NCBI RefSeq assembly: GCF_018977255.1
Contig: NW_024705447.1
Coordinates: 1-43,640 of the forward strand
DNA length: 43,640 nt
Source of the DNA: Callorhinchus milii
Taxonomy: Eukaryota
Direction of reading: 5' to 3'
Positions 33,862 through 43,640 of the stretch are shown here, in pieces (position 1 is the stretch's first letter; each line of letters starts with the position of its first letter). Position numbers and translations under genes: made by a program. The notes under the pieces are model-generated. The model saw nothing but the letters and a program-made list of their open reading frames with translations, did no database searches and had not been told where the DNA came from.

Positions 33862-33910
33862 AGTTTTTGTAGGGTGCAAACGCTGATCTGTGCCTTAGCG
33901 CACAGTGATG
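33862..33910 (-). pseudogene. 3'-end remnant of a V13-like segment: HCALR plus RSS with the heptamer deleted
   Basis: tgtgcgctaag-gcacagatcagcgtttgcaccct-ACAAAAACT aligns with the V13 end and spacer. The rest of the V is absent; a SINE abuts the remnant. Confidence 0.6.
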
Positions 33911-34241
33911 TAATGATAATAATAATAATAATAATCCTTGCATTTGATATAGCGCTTTTCACGTCGGGAGGACGTCCCAAAGCGCTTCATAGAGCACACT
34001 GTAAAGTGAATTGACTGTATATTTGTGGGCAAACGCGGCAGCCAATTGCGCACAGCAATGTCCCACAAACAGTCGTAGATTGAAAATGACCAATTTATTA
34101 TTGTTTTGTTTTGGAGGGATTATTATTAGGCTCTGTGTGGAGTAAGGAAACTTGCCCAAGGTTTGGCCCTCTGCCTGGAATTGAACTCAGGTCTCTCACT
34201 TGCAAAGCGAGTGCTCTAACCACTGAGCTACAGGACTCCAC
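33911..34241 (-). mobile_element. Young tRNA-derived SINE, full length
   Basis: Same family as 11091 and 16877. Confidence 0.9.
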
Positions 34242-35906
34242 AGATACCCAGCGGAATCGTATCTGCTGGCGTTTGGAAGCCAGTGGATCTGGGCTCGTAT
34301 GGAGGCATAGACTCTTGATCCACCAAAAAAGAATTTACTTTACAGTATTATCCATGAAGCGATTTGAGACGTCTCAAAGTGGTCATGCGGTGCTATAGCA
34401 AATGCAAGGATTATTGTCATTATGGTGAATGCATTCATTTGGTTGAAGTTGAACCATGCAGCCCAGCCATCAGGAATACATTTTTACTTTCTATCATGAA
34501 GGCTGGGGTGGCAACCTACCTCTCTTGGTGTTACTTTCTCTTAGGTGTCAGAATGTTTTTCGTTCAGGATCCCATTCTGCACCATGATCTCACAGTCTGG
34601 ACTGCAATTCTTATTCAGGCAGTTTGAGGGCTGTAGCATGAATTAGCTCTAGGTAAAAGCCATCGCTCGCTTCAGGAATATCTGCGGGGAAATTAATTTA
34701 TGAAGATTGCCTGTTGTGATTGCCCACAAAATATCTACATTTATTTTTGACAGCAGCTAGTTTCATCATTTTGGTTACACCTGCAACATGAAAGGCACTA
34801 TATCAAAGGCAAGAATTGTTATTATTATAATTACTGTCAAGTCCTGTTTGGAATTGAGTCCAGAGTCAGGGTATGTCCATCTAAGACAGTTCTTCATTAC
34901 CTAAATTAAACGAAGCCATGTCAATTTTAATCTGCTTACCAAAGTAAACCAAAACAAACCACTTAACAATATATAGTACATGTATTAGCGCAGTGAGATC
35001 CAGTTAAGTGCTTCCGCTTATTTGGGCGAAAGATAATAATATAAAAAATAATAAAATTAAATTGCTTCTTGAGCTACTCACTGCCACGCTTTGGATACAC
35101 CTCTGTACATTACAGTTGAAGCACCAATAGGTTTTGTGAGGGAACTATGCCAACAGTCAGAGGAAGCACCTGTTATTGCAGCCAAGTAAGTTATTTACAA
35201 AAAGAAACGTGGCAAGTTTTGTAAGTTGCAGCTGATGAAATGTGTATTTAGTGACTCATCTTCTTGTTAGACGTAGCTACGGCAGTGTACAACTGGAACC
35301 ATTTGAAAGCAAATTGATCTCATCCCCACTTTAATTTCCCGGTTGTGAATGGCGATATAAAATGAAAGTTGTTGTTTTTCATGCTTTCCTACATACTGAA
35401 GCAGCACAGAAGACATGCACGTGTATCGAGACTCAATGAAAGCAAGTCGTTTAAAATTATCTCAGTGACTATATCTTGATTGTATTTAATGATAATAGTC
35501 ATTGCATTCTTGCGTTTGTTAAGAGCCTTATCACGTATTCGAGACGTTTGTATTCTTCGTAGAATACGCTGCAAACTAATCGAAGCACACATTGTGTGTG
35601 AAAAGCGGAAGCTAATTTCCGCACATCAGTGCACCAATGGATTGAGTGACAAATATATTATCATTATTATTATTTTGAAGGAAATATTACCACTGGAACG
35701 AACTGACAATCGACTAACAAGCGGCTGACTACTGACAGCAACCTAAACAGAGACGAGTGTGTGGAGTAAGGAAACTTGCCCAATGATTCGTTCCGCTGGC
35801 AATTTAACCCACGTCTCTCGATTGCGAGGCGAGTGCTGTAACCTCTCAGCTACAGGAACTCACAAGGCAGTTTTTGTAGGGCGAATCGCTGATCTGTGCC
35901 TCTGTG

Positions 35907-36526
35907 GGGCTCAGTGCACAGTAGTACCCGCGGAGTCTGTCACTCTCAGTGTAATACTTTCAATTGGACGGTTCTTCCCATTTCATCCACATTCGCTGAG
36001 AAACGCTCTTTTGCAAAGTCTGCATTTTGCTTGATCCTGTTGTTGGAGGATGTGCTGAGGATAAATTCTGGAGATTTGTTGGGAAATTGACGGTACCAGA
36101 ACAGATAGTTATTGGTGGTGCTTGCAGCTGTATAATTACACTGCAGATAAACAAACTCCCTTCATTCACTGTCACAGTAGATTGCAGCTGTGTCACAGAA
36201 TCTCCTCCACAATGTCCTCGGAACACACACACATCAGCGATCAACAGCAATAATAATATTTGTATTGTACTTGGATTCGATATAGACGCATGTCGCATAG
36301 TTTATCTCCATATCCCTTAATCCCTCTATTTTTAGAAACCTATCAATCTCTGTCTTGAACCTGTACATGGACTGAGCATCCGCAGCCTTTTGCGGTAGAG
36401 AATTTCATAAAAGCCATAAATAAAACATAAACATTGATAATATATGCAGGAAACAGGCGGTAGAGTTAGTTTATCGTTACCTGATAGGGTAATGATCACT
36501 GCTACCACAGAGATGTACATCGTCAT
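35907..36526 (-). pseudogene. V 'V13' (family E) pseudogene; leader 36526-36481, V exon 36216-35907
   Basis: MTMYISVVAVIITLS-GHCGGDSVTQ.../LQCNYTAASTTNNYLFWYRQFPNKSPEF.../YYCALS with three frameshifts. RSS CACAGAG (35906-35900) + 22 + ACAAAAACT (35877-35869). Confidence 0.9.
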
Positions 36527-38256
36527 ATGTATTTAGTGGCACAGGGCGTTGAGGGAGGGTTGATGGTGTTGTTGGAAAATGTTGGCTGGGAGGCTGCAAG
36601 ATACGGTGTGGAGGAATGAACAGGAAATAACCAACAGAAGTTACTTTTTACTGTGAGTGAGCAGGTCTGAGGGTTATGCTCAAACCTTGTGTCTGTGTTA
36701 TTATGCGTCATTTTCTCTGCTCTGCCATATCGCTCCTCCATTGGTTCTCTCCAATCACTGATATGTCTTTGTTCAATCGGGTGCCTGAAACCTGCAACAA
36801 ATTACACCCATTTTTAAGTTTATCAAAAGGTCAAACATGAGATGAGGATATATATGCCATCTCTGGAGTTCTGTAGCTCACGGATTAAAGCCCTCGCCAC
36901 ACACCGAGAGATGTTGGTTCGATTACCGGCATGGCCAACTGTTGTTTAAATTTCCTTACTCCACCCTCAACACTGTTTACCGCGTAGTAGGCATGAATCT
37001 GTTAGTTAGTCGATTGCTGATTTACCTTCTGGGTATAAATATCCTGTTTCCCCTTCAAAATGCACAGCCAATATAATTTAGACTATATTCGGTGAAGCAT
37101 ATTGAGACATCTCAGAGGCGAAATTATTCGCTCTATTGAATGTCAAGGTTTATTGTAACATAGATAATCAAAGAAGCAGGACGGGTATTCAGTGGAAGCC
37201 ACTGAGAGTGTGCAGATGGCAGGACAATGACCTAATATGTGTTGGCTTCACGTCCCCGGGGGCAGCTGTCAATTTGGTAACGAAGTGAAACGAGGCATTG
37301 AGAGGGTTCAAAGTGAAAGGGTAGGAGCCACATTTCGTCAGCAGTTTCTCAGCTTTCTCACCCCCAATTGGTTGAGAGTTTTCTTCTTGCCACTCTCGGC
37401 TCAAGGCTACTGGGTTACAGCAGTTTGGGGACAAAACACAAGTTTCTTAGCATCATTCAATTCTACAAGCTACTGCGTTGTACTATTTATTTCGATGAAT
37501 GAGACTTCACAGATTCACATTTATTTTTCTTAACCGGTGTCTGACCCATGTGGGGACACCCATAGCCATTCTTTTTTTAATATCCAAACCAACCTGTGTG
37601 TTATAATAATCGCCAATGCCTTTCATATCAAACCTGATCACTTTTCGAGTAGTCTATACGAACTTCGCAGGAAACAGTGTATCGACAGTGTATTTTGTAG
37701 ACAACAACTTGTAGCTACGTGCACACAGCAGTGTCTCGCAAACAGTCTTCGATCGAGTGATCAACTTTTATAATCGACTAAAAGCGATTATCCAAACTCC
37801 TATCAACCGGATTCCTATTTCCGGCTCAGTAAAGCAATACAGATATAATAAACGTTGCATTTGATACAGTCCTTGATCACGTCTTCGTGACATTATGCAG
37901 CATTTCGTAGGTTGTACTGTGTAGGGAATTGACTGTGTCTGTTATGGATAAATACGGCAGCCGAATGCACCCAGCAGTGTTCCACATAATCTTGTGGAAT
38001 GAAGTGAAATTTCTCTTTTCTTTTTAAAGCAATTATTAACCCCGGAAAAGCCGATCTGCCCTGTCAACTAACAGCCATGTTGCTACACACTGCGAGGTAA
38101 ACAGACGTGTGTGCAGTAAGAAAAGTAGCACAACATTTTGCCCGAACGGAAACCGAACCCAGGCCCTCACGCTTGCGAGGCGAGAGCTCTAAATATTGAG
38201 CTACAGTAAACCCAACATGTTTTTGTACAGGTCCCTCTTAGACACACATCACTGTG

Positions 38257-38532
38257 CTTTCCGCACAGAAGTAAATGGCGGTGTCTGACTTCGCACATCT
38301 TCGATGTTAGGGTGCAGTTTTTCTGTTTTCTCTCAGCCAAAGCTCTTATCCTGTCCTTCATATTTACGTCGCTTTTTCCCAAAACAAAAAGCGAATGGAG
38401 CCTTTTCCATGTTGCTTGTACCATGGAAGAAAGGGTTGTTCACAGTGGTACTGCATTCCATAGAAACATTTCCATTTTCATTCACTGTCACGGCTTGAGG
38501 TGTCTGTGAGACATCGCTTTCAGCCAAATCAC
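38257..38532 (-). pseudogene. V 'V14' (family F, short CDR1/CDR2) pseudogene; a possible decayed leader ends at 38650
   Basis: DLAESDVSQTPQAVTVNENGNVSMECSTTVNNPFF/WYKQHGKGSIRFL*/...DTAIYFCAE with several frameshifts. RSS CACAGTG (38256-38250) + 23 + ACAAAAACA (38226-38218). Confidence 0.88.
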
Positions 38533-40363
38533 CTGGAAAATAATAATAAAAATTCTTGGATAGAAATTCAGAGTTATCTACCAACGTTAATTTGGAATTA
38601 TTTAGCAGGAAAACAACTGAGCCTTTATCAGAACTCGCACGCTACTTACACAGTAGAAATAATATCAGCTTCAAATAATATATTTTGCTTTGTAAATCTG
38701 CTTCATTCTTAATTGTCTTCGATTCACGTCAATATCTTCATTTGAAATGAAACGACAAATTATCAAAATGCAGCGGTCTGGTTGTAAACATTTGTCCACT
38801 GGAAGAGTTGACTCTTATCCCCGCCTCATTGTCTTGTCTCTGTTTCATTGCTGGAGGTGTATTACGACTCCTCCTACCGTTTATGTTCAGATTCCCTTCT
38901 CTCGCTGTCGTAAACTATAGTAATGTGTGAAAGAGGCAGTGCAGACAGACCTAGTTACAAAGACTCAAGGAATATAAATTATAATAATAATATTCTTGCA
39001 TTTGATATAGCGCTTCAGCTCTTGGATACATCTCGAAATGTTTTACAGAATATAAAATTAATTTTAGAGTGAAGCTGGGCAGGCAGTTGCGCACAGCAGT
39101 GCAGCGCAAACAGTCATTGAATAAATGACCAATTTGTCACTTTTTAACGGTATTATTGCCCCGGCAATCTGTCCGCTATTCGACGAATAACCGCGTTCCT
39201 GCGTTCGGTTAAACAGAATGATGTGGAGTAAGGAAATTTGCACAACATTTCGCAATGATGAGAACCGTAACCTTGTATTCTGGTCGCGAGTCGAGTGTTC
39301 TAACCACCAACTTGTAGGAGCAACACGTACGTTTGGCAAAGTGCCAAGATTTGGTAATTGGTAGACTTCAGGAATAGTGTACGAAGAATCTTGTGATTAA
39401 GCCGAATGAGCTCAAAAGTTTCTCTGGATTCCGTAGAAACCAGGTTTAGATACTTTCGGATATAAGGAAGAGGTTTTCCAGTAATAGTGGGAGCAGAACA
39501 GTCGGAGATCCTGATATACTCTTACATTGTGTCGACTGATCGCCTACAATTTGTAATCAACTTTGTTTCCAATACTCTGCGTTTCGAGTATATCTGTTGT
39601 TCAGAATGGAAAATGCAACCAAGCAATGGGATGCGGTTGAAAACCTGCTGAATATGATTAGATGTGGGGAACAGAAACATGCTTTATTGAACCACTTTCA
39701 CAGGCTACAGTGATGTCTGGTCAAAATATCAGAGAACCATTGATACCCAGTGGTCAGCCAGCGAAATATATTTCTTACTTTGAATTCATAAATGTTTTCA
39801 TTTGGTGACATGCCAGGACGTTGAGACGTCTCATTTGCTTTGCAGAATATACAGTACAGTCTTGTGATTTTGTAATTTTGGGGGTAAAAAGTAATAATAT
39901 ATTGCCCACAAATAGTTATGGATTGATTGAGTGAACGCATTTTTTTTCAATAAATTGATGCTAATGGTAAAGCCATCCGCCAGTCGACTAACATATTCAT
40001 ATTACTGCTAGGTATACAGAGGCATGCATGTGGAGCAAATAAATTAGGCCACTGTTTAATCCCACCCGGGAATCGAACCCAGGTCCTGTTGCTTGCGATG
40101 TAAATACTCTAACCTGCAACCAATGACTACAGGACTTCCGACATGTTCCACTTTAATCTATTACAATGATCATGTTTTAAGCGCCGCTTGCATTATAAAA
40201 GAATAAACAATACTTTTTCATGCGTCTCCAAAGACTTGACCGGTTTTCTCTGTATTTAAAGATATAAAGTCAGTTTTATGCAATGGGGCCCCACTGGCGG
40301 TTTAGCAGCAAAACAACCATTTGGAGTTTTTGTACGGAGTCGCCATAGCTCGGCAGCAGTGTG

Positions 40364-41140
40364 GGCTCTTTGGCGCAGTAATACACGGCACTGTCACTGA
40401 TAAGGACGGTGACAATACTCAGTTCGAAATCTTCTTTAGTTTTATTGACTTTGGAGGAAAATCGATCTTGGAAGTCAGGGCTCATATAATCCTTCCCTGC
40501 AACAGAGTAAAGTATGTAGACAGGAGCGTTTCTGGAAGCTTGGTCGGTACCAGTAAAGATAGTTGGCATCACTGATTTTCTTTAAGGTGCAGGATAATTT
40601 CACATCCTTTCCCTCTTCAACTGGTATTTCAGCATCGGTTGATTCCCAATGTCTTGCAGGCTTTTTCCTGGGATTTAAAAAAAATATGTTGAGCAGCAAG
40701 ATTGTCTTCTGTGGATTGCTGCAGTGTAGTGTTGAGAGCAATCGCCCCACAAGCAAGTGGATCTGGCTTTTATAGCAGGGCAGAGCGAAAGCTTAGGCAA
40801 CTTTACTTGCTCCATACGCATCTGTTTACCAAGCAGTAAATAGAAACAAGTTTGCTATTCGATTGGCATCTCTCTTTACCAGCGGTAATTAGCCCTTCAA
40901 TGGTATATCAATGATAAAATAGATAATAATTTGGACACTCAATCGATGAGACTATTTGATCAAAAGAGCTGCTGACAATCGTCTCGAATATATGGAAAGG
41001 CGCAACATCTAATCAAAGGATTATTAATAGTATATTGTTGTAAAAGGTATACCAAGATGTTAAGAAAAAAAGATACACAAAAGATACTAACGGCAAAGTA
41101 AGCTGAGAGTGATTGAGAGCACAGCACGTGTCTCCCACAT
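40364..41140 (-). pseudogene. V 'V15' (family D) pseudogene; leader 41140-41092, V exon 40667-40364
   Basis: A -1 frameshift in FR1 leads to TGA and a +1 follows WYR; YYCAKEP is retained. RSS CACACTG (40363-40357) + 23 + ACAAAAACT (40333-40325). Confidence 0.9.
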
Positions 41141-41199
41141 GAGCACCTGATCCCGTATCTGACATTAACTCCCCAATGTGGACTGATGGGGCTTTTGGG

Positions 41200-41450
41200 C
41201 TCAGCAGCCACACAGTTACAGCCCCGCCCACACAGAGCCCCGCCCACACAGCCACTGTCACGCCCGCAGTGCCACGTCACTCAGTCACTGCCCCGCCCGC
41301 ACTGAGACACGCCCACACAGCCACTGCCACGCCCACAGAAATACGTCACTCAGACTATGCCCCGCCCGCACTGAGCCGCATCGCCCAATCACTGCCGTTG
41401 CATTACAGCGCCCCGCCCGCACAGCGCCCCGCCCCCTCCACTCCCCCCAC
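41200..41450 (-). promoter_or_regulatory. GC-box/CRE-rich putative promoter of V15 with internal duplication
   Basis: Multiple CCCCGCCC boxes, plus AGTGACGTGG (41281-41272) and AGTGACGTAT (41350-41341) on minus. A related GC-rich tract lies upstream of V11 (28080-28200). Confidence 0.55.
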
Positions 41451-41749
41451 ACAAACACACACTGTGCCGCAAAATCTGGTCACTCAAACCACAACGTTTT
41501 GCGGGACACTGCTGCGCACAATTGGCATAAAACAATACAATCTCTCCACTTTTCAACGTATTCTTTGAAGAGCTTTGAGACGTCTCAACGACATAATATG
41601 GCAGTATATCAAATGGACCGTTTGCTTCTACTATCATTAATATTACACGGTTCAATAAGACATGCCCTTACAAATGTTTTTTCTATTCGTGTTTCAGAAA
41701 TGCTTTTATCAAGTACAGCCTTTGTCATTTAGTCGATACGCCTCAAATC

Positions 41750-42076
41750 GTGGAGTCCTGAAGCTCAGTGGTTAGAGCACTCGCTTTGCAAGTGAGAGAC
41801 CTGAGTTCAATTCCAGGCAGAGGGCGAAACCTTGGGCAAGTTTCCTTACTGCACACAGAGCCTAATAATAATCCTCCAAAACCAAAAATAATAATAATAA
41901 ATTGGTCATTTTCAATCTACGACTGTTTGTGGACATTTCTGTGCGCAATAGGCTGCCGCGTTCGCCCACAAATATCCAGTCAATTCATTTTACAGTGTGT
42001 TCTGGGAACGTCCTCCCGACGTGAAAAGCGCTATATCAAATGCCAAGGATTATTATTATTATTATTATTATTATTT
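41750..42076 (+). mobile_element. Young tRNA-derived SINE, full length
   Basis: Same family as the other young copies; (TTA)n tail. Confidence 0.9.
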
Positions 42077-43640
42077 TATTTTATTAAATCTCTTCGCAAG
42101 TTGACCTCCAATTTGTATACAACACTTTCCCACAAACAGCTATGAATGAAAGATGAATTCAACCGATGGAAAGTCTGTCCAGACACCGGTGGTAAACCTT
42201 GTTCTTTCTCGAGCAGAGTAATGGCATCATTATAGTCCCTTCATGCAAGCCGCCAGGACCTGGGTTTAATGTCTCCTCGGTAGGACAAGATTCACCGACA
42301 TTACAGACAGCCAGGCCTGCCTGGAGTGTCAGCCCAGAACATCAGAACATAATCCAATATATATATTACAGCGAGAACTTCAGCCGCTTTTGAATGTTTC
42401 AGTTGCGGGACGAAATTCAATGATCTTTTCAAATTATATAGTAATAAACTTATTAAATACTTAATATTCAAGTTTATGTAATTGGCTGAACAAGCAATGA
42501 GGAGGGGAGAATATTTTTTTTCATAGAGCGAGATTTCTGATCTTGAATGCATTGCCTGAAAGTGTGGCAGAAGCCGATACTATAACAACTTTCAAGAGAG
42601 AATTGCGACACCGTTGAGAAACATTTAAGAACGGCTGCTATTTGGGAAAAAGGTAATAATATAAATATGTGACATAGAACTTGTTTCCTTATCAACCTAA
42701 GCCTTGTGTTATAAGTTTAGGCAAATCTCTTTTGGTTAATTATATTATTTGACTGAAGACTTCGCTGACTTTGATAATTTTACACAGTGTCACAACAAGT
42801 TTGCATTTATGGAAGTCCGTTCTCGTCAAGAGGATGACCCAAGACAAATGTGGTCACTAGAGCTAAAATAAAAAGTAACCTTAATTCATCTTCTTTAACA
42901 TAAAAAACTAAACTGTTTTCTTTCTCTGGTGACTCGCTGAACAGAATGTAGATTTGTTTGGTGTTTTTTTATTTCCTAATATCAAGTTATCTGTGATAAC
43001 TGCACAACCCGGAATGAATACATCTGTAATCCAAACATGACTAGTCGAACATTCTCATGGTCATATTTGAGTCCTGGATCTCTACGTGTTTCTATGGCCA
43101 GAATGTGGCAGCGTTAATTGCAGACAGTCGGGAAATTATACGTGTGTTTCCTCACTGTGAGTAGCATTTGGCCATGAAGCTGCGTAAAATTCTGGTTCAG
43201 TTCTTCCTCTTTGATTCTACTTACCCCTCCTCTGAAAGCACCTGAAGTCCTTGATTTAGGCCTGTGTCTCCTGTCACCAGCCTTTTCCCTGGTTCTGTCT
43301 CAAGCTCTACCATTTGAATGCGCTACAAAACGCAGAAGTAGGACATTCAGCCACTTGAGCCAGTTCCAAGGTTATATTACATGAATGCAGATCTATCCAT
43401 CACATCCAATTATCCGTCTGGGCATCACATCCTTTGAAAGCCTGAGCTAAATTAAATCTATCAACCTAATTCTGGAAAATATTAATGGATAAATGATACA
43501 CAGCTTTTTTGTGTAAATCTTTCCAGACTTTCATAAAATTTTGCGTAGAATTTTTCTCACGATTTCTCACCTACTTGGCCGGGCTCTGGTTCTTTGATCA
43601 TGTTCACTGGCTCTGCATTCCCCCAACCACCAAAAAGAAA

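Noticed and set aside
42150-43640. A further V segment at the right end
   Set aside because: No C...WY...YYC pattern or RSS found; only repeat relics, including a partial element X

Overview
Eukaryotic (vertebrate) genomic DNA, not prokaryotic. The window is part of a T-cell receptor alpha/delta V-gene array from a cartilaginous fish; a chimaera/elephant-shark-like genome is plausible but is inference. All immune segments are on the minus strand. The left end holds a NAR-TCR-type double-V cassette: leader plus an IgNAR-like V lacking CDR2 (3666-2951, RSS with 22-nt spacer), one D with 12/12 RSS (2545-2559), an IgNAR-like J with a 23-RSS (2108-2163), and a 'supporting' TCR-delta V exon with no leader visible upstream and a CDR1 cysteine (261 to beyond the window edge). 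Upstream are 14 conventional TRA/TRD-type V segments from about 6 families (5 coding-intact, 9 defective) plus one 3'-end remnant. They sit among young and old tRNA-derived SINEs, L2 and CR1 LINE fragments and local segmental duplications. Most notable unexplained signals: a probable germline-fused V-D1 in the NAR V, a ~530-bp GAGCT/GGGCT Ig-switch-like array, and co-oriented CTCF-like motifs, some RSS-proximal. All calls were made by eye; no database searches were run.
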